From Rubripirellula sp. (lineage in GTDB: Bacteria; Planctomycetota; Planctomycetia; Pirellulales; Pirellulaceae), in NCBI GenBank assembly GCA_965216875.1, contig OZ244207.1, positions 7,840,001 to 7,904,000 on the forward strand: DNA of 64,000 bases, in the 5' to 3' direction. Positions 22,780 to 32,453 of this stretch are shown piece after piece (the first letter of the stretch is position 1; every line of letters starts with the position of its first letter). Under the pieces are notes generated by a model. That model was not told the origin of the DNA, did not search any database, and saw only the letters and a list, made by a program, of their open reading frames with translations. Both the position numbers and the translations under genes were made by a program.

Positions 22780-24149
22780 GATGCCGTGCCTGGAAGCAGG
22801 GCCTGCTGGCGGCGGAGCGATTGTCCAATGCCGAGGCCGATAAAGGTGAAGAAGAACACCGACTCGGTTCGGACTGGTCCCATGAAAGACGCACAGGTCA
22901 TCGACCAGCCGAAATACCAGATGGCGACAAAGACCAGCATCCAACCGATTGATCTGGCGATTCCCCCAACACCTTCGAGCGAGCGGAATTGAAAGAACAG
23001 GCTCATTCCGGTTGCTGCGAACAAGAGCAAGCCGATCAAACCCGTCGATGCCATCACTTGAAGATAGACGTTGTGCGCGGTGTGGTTCGTGACAATGTTC
23101 CAGACTTCGACTTCGCCACCTTCACTGGTGACAAAGTAGCCATGACCGATGATGGGAGATTTCAGGAACTCGTTCCAGATCGCGGACCACATCTCCGCCC
23201 GTCCTGACACCTCGCGAATCTGTTCGAGCGATTGTCCACGCGCAAAATATTCCGTCCCGGCGCCCAATCCATCGGAAACCGATCGGAAACCAGGGTCGAT
23301 CAACAAGATCATTCCCAGTCCGACAGCACCTGCGATCAAGGACGCGGCTCGCACTCGGTTGTCGGCGAACCAAAAGACGATCATTCCTGCCGTGCCAATC
23401 GCAAGCAGGCTCGAGCCACGACTGTTCGAATAATAAAGAACGGCGGCATGTACCAGCAACGAACTGATGGTGAAGGTCTTGGACCAACCAAGTCGTCCAA
23501 TCACCGTGCACATCACCGTCAGCAGGATCCCCAACGAAGCTGTCGAGCCCGATGCGGTCGGATGCACAACGCCATCGGCACCCGAATCGACAAGCGTACG
23601 ATCGAGCCCCGACGACATGGGGAAAAGTAGATGTATGACCAACACAAAACCACTGAGTCCAAGCAAGACGCCAGCCAGTGATTTGAGAATCCGCGGCACC
23701 ATTGCGGGATCGAAACTGATCACGCTTATGGCAACCGCGTAGATGATCAGTGCAGTGAGTCCACCGGCTTGCCCAACCGTGACGGCCTTCAATGGAGACC
23801 AAGCGACGCTTAGGATTGCCCAGGCGAGAAACGCGAACGCTGGCAGCATCGGTGACACGACGCGTTGAAAAAGTGGCCTTTGGAATTGGCCAACCAGTAG
23901 GCGGCCCCCATAAAGGCAGACGTACATCAAGATGGCCAGCTTGGCAAAGGCGAGTCCGTCCAAGAATCGCAGTGCCGACGGTGACGGACGTCCCGGAACG
24001 GTGAACGTCATGATCGGAAGCAACGCCATTGCCCAAAAGGCGAATCGTGTTAGACGCTGTTGCTTGAGGTCGACCTGAGGGTGCGCACCGGCATTGTCTG
24101 CGTTAGACACAGGGCGATCAATCGCTGGACTGGATGCCGATGTTGCCAT
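22776..24149 (-). CDS. O-antigen ligase / Wzy polymerase family membrane protein
   Basis: About 11 hydrophobic segments; SNSRGS, SGRAEMW, PIIGHG and AHNVYLQ motifs. Confidence 0.85.
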   Translation of the reverse strand: MATSASSPAIDRPVSNADNAGAHPQVDLKQQRLTRFAFWAMALLPIMTFTVPGRPSPSALRFLDGLAFAKLAILMYVCLYGGRLLVGQFQRPLFQRVVSPMLPAFAFLAWAILSVAWSPLKAVTVGQAGGLTALIIYAVAISVISFDPAMVPRILKSLAGVLLGLSGFVLVIHLLFPMSSGLDRTLVDSGADGVVHPTASGSTASLGILLTVMCTVIGRLGWSKTFTISSLLVHAAVLYYSNSRGSSLLAIGTAGMIVFWFADNRVRAASLIAGAVGLGMILLIDPGFRSVSDGLGAGTEYFARGQSLEQIREVSGRAEMWSAIWNEFLKSPIIGHGYFVTSEGGEVEVWNIVTNHTAHNVYLQVMASTGLIGLLLFAATGMSLFFQFRSLEGVGGIARSIGWMLVFVAIWYFGWSMTCASFMGPVRTESVFFFTFIGLGIGQSLRRQQALLPGTAS

Positions 24150-24191
24150 GAGAGAGACGTGGTCGCCACGATTGGGCCGGTGTGCAATCGA

Positions 24192-25778
24192 TCATCGTGG
24201 CTTGGTTGCTGCATCGCCGACGGCCACGGGAGCCGGTGACGAGTTCGTCGTAGGGGCCCCGTTCGTTGTGTCGCTTGTTTCTGTCGCGGTCTGGTCCGAG
24301 CCAACGGGTGTTTGGATTGTGGCGGCGAGCAGTGTGTGGTGCAGCTGCCATGAGTACTTCAGCAGCGGAAAGCCCACGGCGGCGAGAACGGCGGCGAAGA
24401 CACCAAAGATCGCACAGAACTTTTTGTCGGGTGTCACCGGGCGTCGTTCGAGACTCGCGGGTTGGACAACATTCACACTGGTGATCCGTTGTTGTTCCAG
24501 CACATCATCAAGTCGCGCTTGTTCCAGCTTGTCGGCATGGGCCGCGTAGCGATTCTCGAGAATCGTCACTTCGTTGGCCAACGCCTGGATTGCCTTTTCG
24601 TTTTCATTTAACGCTGCAACTTCGACTTGTAACTCGAGTTGCTTTTTCAGAAGGGTCGACTTCTTGTTTTCGAGGGCGCGAGCCGAGGCCTTTTGCAACA
24701 GCTGCTCTTCGAGCAGTTTTTGGTAGGCCGGGTTTGCCGTTCGCGTGACTTCGTCACGTTCGGTGCTTTGTTCAGCAAAGATTGCTCTCAGGTCTTCCAG
24801 CTGACGCGTGACGGCCGACAGTTTTGGGTGACCAGGTTTGAGTTTGCTGCGGAGGTCTTGTTCGAGCGTTTCCATCTCGAAGAGTTGGGCACGCATTTCG
24901 TCGATCGCTTCGTTCGCTTTCGCAGTGACCTCTTCGATGTTGGGAGAAACTTCATTGGTCAGGAGCTTTTGGATTTCTTGCACTCGTGACTCGGTTCCGG
25001 CGAGTTCGCCTTCGGTTTCAAGCAGAGCGGTTCGCAATGCTGCTAGTTGCGATTCGAGGAGTTTTTGTTGCCCCTCGATCGTGACCAAGTTGGCGTCGCT
25101 CTTGAGTTTGCGAAGTTCTTCGCGCGTCGCGTCGAGCTGCTGTTTGAGCGTTGCGTCTTGCTGTTCAAAGAAGGCGTGGGTTCCTTGGGTGCGATTCACT
25201 TTGACGTGCAAGCTGATGTATTGGTCAAGCCACGCTTCGACCACTTTCTGGGCCGCCTCGGGAGACTTGGCTCGATACTCAATCGAAACGACACTCGATT
25301 CGCTTGGGGCCGAGATCGAGATTTCTTTTCGCAACGATCGGATCGCCCGTTCGCGATCGGGAATGGGGTCGATCGAGGCGAGTTGCGCTTTCGCTGGACC
25401 GACGAGCGAAGACAGAATGCTTTCGTCGGAAACGTCTGCATCACCACCGGGAAGGTGACCGCTTAGGACCACCTCTTCACCGACTTGATCGACGATACGT
25501 TCGATCAGCGTGTCGCTTTGCATGACGCCAAGCGCCGTCTGCATTTCGTGTTCGCGCGTCTGCATGATGTTCAACTTGTCACCATCGGTCGATGCCGTCG
25601 GATCGAGTTTGACACTTTCGCGGCCGACGCGAAGCAAGAGCTTGGCTTGAGATCGATAGGCACGGGGGTAGTACAAGATCACCAGCACAGTCAACGTGAT
25701 GACGGCTGCGAACATCAGGGCTGAAAGCAGCCAATGCTTGCGAAGGGCGTCAATCCACTGGGAAAACGACGTTTGCAT
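24192..25778 (-). CDS. Polysaccharide co-polymerase (GumC/Wzc N-terminal-like, no kinase domain)
   Basis: TM followed by PRAYRSQAKLLL, a long periplasmic coiled coil, VNVVQPA..PVTP and a second TM. No Walker A motif after it. Confidence 0.85.
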   Translation of the reverse strand: MQTSFSQWIDALRKHWLLSALMFAAVITLTVLVILYYPRAYRSQAKLLLRVGRESVKLDPTASTDGDKLNIMQTREHEMQTALGVMQSDTLIERIVDQVGEEVVLSGHLPGGDADVSDESILSSLVGPAKAQLASIDPIPDRERAIRSLRKEISISAPSESSVVSIEYRAKSPEAAQKVVEAWLDQYISLHVKVNRTQGTHAFFEQQDATLKQQLDATREELRKLKSDANLVTIEGQQKLLESQLAALRTALLETEGELAGTESRVQEIQKLLTNEVSPNIEEVTAKANEAIDEMRAQLFEMETLEQDLRSKLKPGHPKLSAVTRQLEDLRAIFAEQSTERDEVTRTANPAYQKLLEEQLLQKASARALENKKSTLLKKQLELQVEVAALNENEKAIQALANEVTILENRYAAHADKLEQARLDDVLEQQRITSVNVVQPASLERRPVTPDKKFCAIFGVFAAVLAAVGFPLLKYSWQLHHTLLAATIQTPVGSDQTATETSDTTNGAPTTNSSPAPVAVGDAATKPR

Positions 25779-26132
25779 GGGTGTCACGCGGGAGACGAGA
25801 AGATGGGGAGTGGTGCTGCCCAAACGGGGACAGGGCTGCCAAAATTGACACTCAGGGAATGAGCCGTGTCCGCCGGAGGACTGGCCAATGAGTACTCGAC
25901 GATCGGTCTTCAGCACAGTCTCATGCTAACCAGCCGGGCCCGAAAGAGAACGTCTTGGCGATCCCGCGGCGGGCGGGATCCTATGCCCCGCCCAAATAAC
26001 CGTTACCCTTGGCACGAGCCGACCGCGTAGGTGATCGATCTCACTCACCACCAGCGCCCCACGCCACGCCCCGGCAAAATGCGGCCTACGTTTGTCGCTG
26101 GAAATTGTGCATCCCGAAAAGACCGTCCCGCA

Positions 26133-27482
26133 ATGACGACGCCCTCTCCCGTCCCATCTGATTCGTCCGACGAGGTTTTGCCGTCGAACACCGACAAATC
26201 GGAGGGAGGAGCCAAACGCATGCTGCAGACCAACCGGGGACGCGGCAGTTTGGCGGTGACCGATCAAATTGTCGTAAGTGGTACGAACTTCTTAACAACC
26301 GTGCTGGTCGGACGCGTTTGTGGTGCCGATGAATTGGGGCTGTTTGCGATCGGCTTTTCGGTCATCGTGATTGTTGCCACCGCGTTGCGTTCGCTCTTGG
26401 TGACGCCGTTTTCGGTTTTTGTGCATCGAGTTGATGCCCAGCGACAGCGGCAAATGCGAGGGGCGACGTTGGTCCTGGCCCTGATGCTCCTTGCCGGGAT
26501 CGTCACTGTCTTGGTCGTGGGCAACGTGAGCTGGGCCATGCGAGGCTTGGGATCGCCGCAGCAGTTCGGTTTCTCACTTGCTGTTTGTGTCGCGACGGCC
26601 TGTTGGACACTTCGCGAATTCTCGCGCCAGCTTTCGTTTGCCGACTTGCGGTTTGCAAGGTCTTTGGCAATCGACTCGGTTGCGGCACTCATCCAGCTTT
26701 GCGTGGTCGTCGCGCTGATCGCATCAGGGAAACTCTCTGCAACCACGGCCATGTACGCATGCGGCTTCGCAACCGCGATCATGGCGACGGGATGGTTTTG
26801 GGCGAATTCCCGAGAGTTTGATTTTTCTGCTCCGTGGCGAGCTGACTGGAAACAAACCTGGGACTTTGGCCGTTGGGGGGCTCTGTCGCAAACAAGTCAC
26901 GTGGTTCAGAGCTACGTGGTTTCTTGGATTGTCGCGTTGGCCGGTGGGCTGACGGCAGCCGGGGTTTATGCGGCCGCTTGGTCCATCGTGCAACTTGCGA
27001 GTCCCTTCGTCCAAGGTGCTGGGAATGCGATGGGGCCGGTGTTGGCAAAAAAGCTGGCGGATGATGGGCTAAGTCAACTGAAGCGACTGGTGATTCGTGT
27101 CGCGATTACATCTGCTGTGCTTGCCGCGATGTATGTGAGCGTGATTTGGTTATCCGGCGGCGAGTTGATCCAACTTTTCTACGGCCAACGCTATGAGATG
27201 CCCGCGCTCTTGCTGACGCTCTTGGCTGGTTCGGTTGCCGTCTCGGCAATCGCGCTTGTGGCAACCAAGGCGATCTCGGTACTCGAATTCCCGCAGGTGA
27301 ACTTCGCGCTCAACGTCACGGGGCTCGCACTGACAACTCTCTTTGGGATCGTGCTTGGAACCCGCTGGGGCATCGAGGGGGCGGCCGGAGGTCTACTGTT
27401 GGCAGCCGCGATCGGCTTTGTGTTCAAGTGGGTCTGCTACCGACAGGTGTGCCGTCGATCCCTTTCCCGGCCATCAGCTTGA
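26133..27482 (+). CDS. Wzx-like polysaccharide flippase
   Basis: DQIVVSGTNFL..LVGR..GADELGLF, about 12 TM segments, AAGVYAAA. The ORF is open from 26031; ATG 26133 is the likely start. Confidence 0.85.
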   Translation: MTTPSPVPSDSSDEVLPSNTDKSEGGAKRMLQTNRGRGSLAVTDQIVVSGTNFLTTVLVGRVCGADELGLFAIGFSVIVIVATALRSLLVTPFSVFVHRVDAQRQRQMRGATLVLALMLLAGIVTVLVVGNVSWAMRGLGSPQQFGFSLAVCVATACWTLREFSRQLSFADLRFARSLAIDSVAALIQLCVVVALIASGKLSATTAMYACGFATAIMATGWFWANSREFDFSAPWRADWKQTWDFGRWGALSQTSHVVQSYVVSWIVALAGGLTAAGVYAAAWSIVQLASPFVQGAGNAMGPVLAKKLADDGLSQLKRLVIRVAITSAVLAAMYVSVIWLSGGELIQLFYGQRYEMPALLLTLLAGSVAVSAIALVATKAISVLEFPQVNFALNVTGLALTTLFGIVLGTRWGIEGAAGGLLLAAAIGFVFKWVCYRQVCRRSLSRPSA

Positions 27483-27508
27483 CCGCAGGCATCAAGCATG
27501 CGAAGTGC

Positions 27509-27546
27509 AAAAAGAAACAGGGCGTGTCGAAGACACGCCCTGTTTC
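27509..27546 (-). terminator. Rho-independent terminator (possibly bidirectional)
   Basis: 15-bp perfect stem GAAACAGGGCGTGTC-GAA-GACACGCCCTGTTTC with an A-run on its left, which is a U-tail on the minus strand. Confidence 0.8.
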
Positions 27547-27555
27547 AAGATTCGG

Positions 27556-27759
27556 TTAGACGTACGGATTGTAGTCCGACGGAGTTACCATCACGGTCGG
27601 ATTGGCTTCCGACGTGCGGTAGTAATCGGGTCCCCAGCGTCCGAGCTCGATGAACATCGCAATGACTGCGATCAACATGAAGATCATGCTTAGGAACAGC
27701 ATGACGGTGTAAATGCTCGGGGGCTGTTTACGGTTTTCAGTCGAGGGTAGTGTCGACAC
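27556..27759 (-). CDS. Small single-TM hypothetical protein (67 aa)
   Basis: GGAGG SD before GTG; PSIYTVMLFLSMIFMLIAVIAMFIE TM helix; overlaps the upstream gene by 23 nt and is followed by a terminator. Confidence 0.8.
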   Translation of the reverse strand: MSTLPSTENRKQPPSIYTVMLFLSMIFMLIAVIAMFIELGRWGPDYYRTSEANPTVMVTPSDYNPYV

Positions 27760-28585
27760 GGTCGCCCTCCAAGATCAGGCCTTCGCTGTAATCGGGAAGG
27801 ATTTCAGCGACAGCGCGGTTCGGTTCAGTCTTACGGACTCGAAGCTTTCCGACGTAACGTCCTTTTCGAGTCACTTCCAGGAAGTGTCCATTTCGCAGGC
27901 CATCATCGAATCCAATCGAGACTTCGACGAGGTGTTTAGGACGGTTGATGACCAAGACGTTGCCATTGCGTTCTGGCGGAGCACCATCAAGGGGTTCATC
28001 AACGTCAATGCCGTGGTAGGTCACGACTTCTTCAAAGCGAGTGACTTGTTCGGCAAGTTGACGATTTCGTTCCTCAAGCATTTGCTTGAAGCCACGCAAA
28101 CGGTTTGCCTCGTCGGTCAGGACCAAGGTTTCGGCAAAGAGTTTGTCGCGGTCTTGTTGTTCGGTTCGAATTGCGATCCGCAGTTCGGCTGTCTCTTTGG
28201 TGAGGCGAGCGAGCTGCTCCGTTGCCGATTGGACCGACTGGGTTAGTTCGGTGTTTTTCTGTTGCTCTGCCGTCAAATCAATGTTGAGCTTTGTGTTTGC
28301 AGCGTCGAGCACATCGACCTGTGTTTGCAAAGCACCCAATGCGGTTCGACGGGCAGCTTGTTCACGGGTCAGGTCTGCCCGGATTCCGGCTTCCGACTCT
28401 TGCAAACGCTGATTGTCGCGTTCTTTATCCTCGATTTGTTGTTTCAATCCAGGTTGGCTCCCAACACCAACCAGCACCACATCTTTCCAGTTACGGTGCG
28501 AGGCGTTGACCGCCAATGCGAGCACCATAAAGGTGAGACTGAGGATGAGGATGACGACGGAGAAGGACTTCCCAAGTAGGGTCAT
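27737..28585 (-). CDS. Membrane-anchored coiled-coil protein with C-terminal beta domain (hypothetical)
   Basis: N-terminal TM (LGKSFSVVILILSLTFMVLALAV), about 150 aa of coiled coil, and a C-terminal VEVSIGFDDGL..G..LEV...VGKLRV...AVAEI...EGDRV beta domain. Confidence 0.85.
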   Translation of the reverse strand: MTLLGKSFSVVILILSLTFMVLALAVNASHRNWKDVVLVGVGSQPGLKQQIEDKERDNQRLQESEAGIRADLTREQAARRTALGALQTQVDVLDAANTKLNIDLTAEQQKNTELTQSVQSATEQLARLTKETAELRIAIRTEQQDRDKLFAETLVLTDEANRLRGFKQMLEERNRQLAEQVTRFEEVVTYHGIDVDEPLDGAPPERNGNVLVINRPKHLVEVSIGFDDGLRNGHFLEVTRKGRYVGKLRVRKTEPNRAVAEILPDYSEGLILEGDRVDTTLD

Positions 28586-28727
28586 TTCGGCGTTTCCCTA
28601 TACGATCAGACCGACGAGACGGACGTGGTTTTGGATGTGGATCATCCACGATTTGGCTGTGGCGGCGGCTGCGACACCCGTCGCGACAAGAACCTGCCTG
28701 ACACACCTAATACGCCACGTCCATCGA

Positions 28728-28757
28728 AGTATAGTTAGGCAAAAAAAGGAGTGTCAA
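28728..28757 (-). promoter_or_regulatory. Sigma70-type promoter for the 28585-27556 operon
   Basis: TTGACA (28757-28752), 18-bp spacer, TATACT (28733-28728). Confidence 0.75.
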
Positions 28758-28964
28758 CGAAATCGCCCTGAAAACCCTCAATCCCCTGGCTTCACATATT
28801 CGGGGTCGGTTTGTGCCGGTTCGATCGGTCAAATAATGACGGATGTCTCGACGCTGGCCGAAAAAACGCCCCCCAGGTGGAGGTTGGCAAATGGTGATTC
28901 CGTCGATTCAAGCCGCGGGAAGTCATGCTGCTTGAAGTCGCGGTGCGTAACATGCTGCACCATT

Positions 28965-29852
28965 CTAGGCGACAAATGCCGTTTTTACCGAACGGATCGC
29001 GTGCAGAAATTGGTCCACGGATTCCGTTCTTTCTTCGACCTTGGGTTGGATCATGTTCATGATCGCTCGGGCCAGTCTCGGATCGATATTGGGACAACGC
29101 TCGATCAAATCGGTCGGCGGCGAAGTGTCGTGGTGGAGTGCGGCTCGGCCGTTGAGGATTTCACCCTGCCAGGGATGCTCGAAGGCACAGAGACAGTAGA
29201 ACGTGACGCCGAGTGAAAAGATGTCGACCCGTTTGTCGGTCGCCCGCCGACGCACGATTTCGGGCGACATGTACAGCGGCGTGCCCGTTCGGTTCCCAGG
29301 TGCCATGAATGGGGAGGTGGCCGGAACGGTTAGCCCAAAGTCGATCAGTTTGACGCCCGTGGTCTCGGGCAAGCAAATGAAGTTTCGCGGGCAAATATCG
29401 CGATGGATGAAGTCTTTGGTGTGGACGTACTTGAGCGCCTCGGCCATATCGCGGATCAGCATCATGCGTTTGCCCTGAACGTGGTGTTCCTGCTTTTTCA
29501 CCACGATGTTCTGCATGCTTGGCCCTGCGATGTACTCCATCACAATGACCGGCTGGCCTTTGGTCGATACGCCAACTTCGTAGGTTTCGACGATTTTCGG
29601 ATGATCCATCATCATCGCGATTTCGCCCTCGGTCGGCTTTCCGAGCCCTTTGAACCGACCTTCAAACGCTTCGACCTTTTCGATGTCGAGCACTTTGACA
29701 CCGACGAGTTTGTCGTTGTTTTCACGGTCTTTGGCGACAAAAAAGTGCGCCATCGTGCCCGTCACGCCCGTCCTTTGGCGAGTAAAACGCGTCTCCACCT
29801 CGATCTTGGCGCTCGAGCGGAGTTTCGATTTAAGAGAATCGAGAAAGCCCAT
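28965..29852 (-). CDS. Cytoplasmic Ser/Thr protein kinase
   Basis: VGVKVL, HPKIV, MEYIAG, HRDICPRN, IDFGL, GTPLYMSPE, DIFSLG; no TM or sensor domain. Confidence 0.9.
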   Translation of the reverse strand: MGFLDSLKSKLRSSAKIEVETRFTRQRTGVTGTMAHFFVAKDRENNDKLVGVKVLDIEKVEAFEGRFKGLGKPTEGEIAMMMDHPKIVETYEVGVSTKGQPVIVMEYIAGPSMQNIVVKKQEHHVQGKRMMLIRDMAEALKYVHTKDFIHRDICPRNFICLPETTGVKLIDFGLTVPATSPFMAPGNRTGTPLYMSPEIVRRRATDKRVDIFSLGVTFYCLCAFEHPWQGEILNGRAALHHDTSPPTDLIERCPNIDPRLARAIMNMIQPKVEERTESVDQFLHAIRSVKTAFVA

Positions 29853-29905
29853 TCGTATGGTATTCGTCGTGAGAAGGGTGCAGAGTTTGGGCGATAACCC
29901 CGCGT

Positions 29906-30760
29906 CTACTTTCCACAATAGTCGATGGCTCGAGCGATCTCGGTTTTTAAGTTCTTGCGAGGGACGATTCGATCGATGTAGCCATGTTCGAGCAGGAATT
30001 CACTCGTCTGGAAACCTTCGGGAAGCTCGATGCCGATCGTCGCTTTGATTGTTCTCGGGCCGGCAAAGCCAATCAATGCCTTGGGTTCGGCAAAGACGAG
30101 GTCGCCAAGCGACGCAAAGCTTGCCGCCACACCGCCCATCGTTGGGTTGGTCAGGACGCTGATGAATAATCCGCCAGCTTGGTCATAGCGGGCAAGTGCT
30201 GCGGACACCTTGGCCATTTGCATCAGCGAGAGAATGCCCTCGTGCATTCGGGCACCACCGCCGCTGGCACTGATGATGATCAGCGGCAGATTGTGATCGG
30301 TTGCGTGTTCGATCAGCCGTGCGAGGCGTTCGCCTACCACCGAACCCATGCTACCCATGATGAACGCGCTGTCGGTGACGGCAAAGGCAACGCGGCGAGC
30401 CCGAATCATGCCCGTTCCGGTGACAGCCGCGTCGGTCAGTCCGGTACGCCCTTGTTCGCTCGACAAGCGGTCAACGTACTTTCGGCGATCAGCAAACTCG
30501 AGCGGGTCGGTCGAGCGGAGCTGCTCGTTCATCGGTTCGAACGTTCCCTCGTCCAAAACCTGGGCGATGCGTTCGCTGGCCGAAACGTAGAAATGGTGGT
30601 CGCACTTGGGACAGACGTTCTGTCGCTGGGTCACCTCTTTCTTGTAAATCGACTCGCCACAGCCAGCACATTTCAGCCACAAACCCTCCGGTACGCCCCG
30701 TTTTTTCGGGGGTGCGGGTGCTTCGCTCGCGTCGGTAGATTGAGAATCGACTGTGGACAT
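29906..30760 (-). CDS. accD: Acetyl-CoA carboxylase carboxyltransferase beta subunit
   Basis: [10 protein letters not shown]...CPKC zinc finger, [53 protein letters not shown]. Confidence 0.97.
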   Translation of the reverse strand: MSTVDSQSTDASEAPAPPKKRGVPEGLWLKCAGCGESIYKKEVTQRQNVCPKCDHHFYVSASERIAQVLDEGTFEPMNEQLRSTDPLEFADRRKYVDRLSSEQGRTGLTDAAVTGTGMIRARRVAFAVTDSAFIMGSMGSVVGERLARLIEHATDHNLPLIIISASGGGARMHEGILSLMQMAKVSAALARYDQAGGLFISVLTNPTMGGVAASFASLGDLVFAEPKALIGFAGPRTIKATIGIELPEGFQTSEFLLEHGYIDRIVPRKNLKTEIARAIDYCGK

Positions 30761-31000
30761 TCGACGAAAAGGGGCGGGGACGAACAGGTGAAGGGGCCGG
30801 CGAAGGGGCTGGGACCCGAAAAATCGTTTCTGCGAACTGTCTACCTTAGCTGAATCGTCGATTTTTCGCTGCCTCAAACCGTCACAAAGCGGTCAAGGTG
30901 GCTTCTGGTCCCAAATCGCGACACTAGCGGACGGTTTTTGCACAAATCGCCCCGAAACTGGAACAGATCCAGGCGTCTGTGTCGATCCGGTCGAGACATT

Positions 31001-32443
31001 TCACCGGGTCACGACAAAGGTCTCGCTGGTTGGCGGGATGTCCAGCGAGTCGATTTGCCCTGGCCACAGCTCGAGATCGATCGTTTCTTGATCCGAGCCA
31101 TTCCGGGTGATTCGGACGATGGCACGGTCGCCGCTCCGCATTGCGGACCAAATCACTTCGCCGCTGCGAGCGTCGGGGACATCAAGATTGATCGGCACTG
31201 CAGCAGAAAAGTCGTCGCCAAACACGACGTGCATCTCATCGAAAACCACAACGGCGTCGGCGACTTCTCTGATCGATGAATTGGTATCACCCGTGGTACG
31301 GGCGTTGAACAGCTGCATCGAGTCGACGCCGCGAAGCCAAAGGTGACGCAACCCCTCACGGTACGCCTCGCGGCTCATCGTCGGCGTTTGGCCAGGTTCG
31401 GTTTGCAGTCTGCAAACACGAGCCACCCAAGGGATCGACATGTGTTTGCCCGCGTGATTGGCATGGTCCGTCGAGACTTGTTGTAAGAGCTCATGGAAAT
31501 AGAACCGGTCGACGGCGACTTGGTCATCCTTGTCGATGCTGGTCGCCCGGTTGATCCAAACCGAATCCGTTCCATAGGCGATCGGGTTGGTCGCATTGAA
31601 GAAATCAAACTTCAATTCAGGGAGCAGGGTGTCGCGAACAAAGTAACGGACCGGCCGAGCGTTCGTGCTGCGGACCACGTGCCAGTTGGTGACAAAACAC
31701 TCGGGAAAAACGTCTCGCACGGCCTTTGCGAAGTGTTGATCGTAAAGACGGACATACTGTTGCCAGCTGTAGTCGCGAAAACGATCGCGATCTTTCAGGA
31801 CGCCGGCGGGCAGCTCTGCTTGGCACCGTTTGCAAACGCGAGCTTGATCATAGAGGTGGGACCAAGGATAGGGATCGCCTTCAAAGTCGACCCATACACC
31901 AACGACGTTCACGCCCGCTGAACGAAATGCGGTGAGTGTCTTGTGGGTCTGTTCATAAAGCGTCTTCCAACCGCTGGTTTGGTTGGGGCAGGCCCCATGC
32001 CATCCAAAGGCATTCTCATCTCCAAACCAAGGGCGGGGAAAACCGGTGGGCAACTGATGTGCCCACTTGCTGACATCACTTTCGAGGGAATAGGGCCAGT
32101 TGTCGGTCCGCCCTTCCATCAAGATCACCGGCATGCCAGCCGCTTGCGCGGCAAGTGCTGCAGGGATCATCGAATCGGAAAGTTGAAAGTGCTGGCACAG
32201 ACCTCGGTCGCCGAGCACCTTGCGGTCAGCGTCCGACAGTTCACCGAAACCAGCCCCTTCCCACACGATCATCGGCAAGCGATCACCGCGCGGGTGTTTG
32301 AGCGGCGGAACCTCGGCGGCGATCTGATCGATCCATCGCGCGGCGGATGGATCGTTTGGCGCGGGCTGGTCGGTCTGTTGCCATCCGCGTGCCCGGCCCG
32401 TTAGGAGGACAAGCAGCGTGATGGCGACAAGAAAACGGTTCAT
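31001..32443 (-). CDS. Secreted hypothetical protein
   Basis: 480-aa ORF with a Sec-type signal peptide; last gene of the 37.2-31.0 kb operon (10-bp gap). No family recognised. Confidence 0.8.
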   Translation of the reverse strand: MNRFLVAITLLVLLTGRARGWQQTDQPAPNDPSAARWIDQIAAEVPPLKHPRGDRLPMIVWEGAGFGELSDADRKVLGDRGLCQHFQLSDSMIPAALAAQAAGMPVILMEGRTDNWPYSLESDVSKWAHQLPTGFPRPWFGDENAFGWHGACPNQTSGWKTLYEQTHKTLTAFRSAGVNVVGVWVDFEGDPYPWSHLYDQARVCKRCQAELPAGVLKDRDRFRDYSWQQYVRLYDQHFAKAVRDVFPECFVTNWHVVRSTNARPVRYFVRDTLLPELKFDFFNATNPIAYGTDSVWINRATSIDKDDQVAVDRFYFHELLQQVSTDHANHAGKHMSIPWVARVCRLQTEPGQTPTMSREAYREGLRHLWLRGVDSMQLFNARTTGDTNSSIREVADAVVVFDEMHVVFGDDFSAAVPINLDVPDARSGEVIWSAMRSGDRAIVRITRNGSDQETIDLELWPGQIDSLDIPPTSETFVVTR

Positions 32444-32453
32444 TCCCTACTCG

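Noticed and set aside
28413..29216. 267-aa ORF across the kinase/coiled-coil intergenic region
   Set aside because: It overlaps two real genes in antisense and runs through a clear promoter; the composition is not protein-like.
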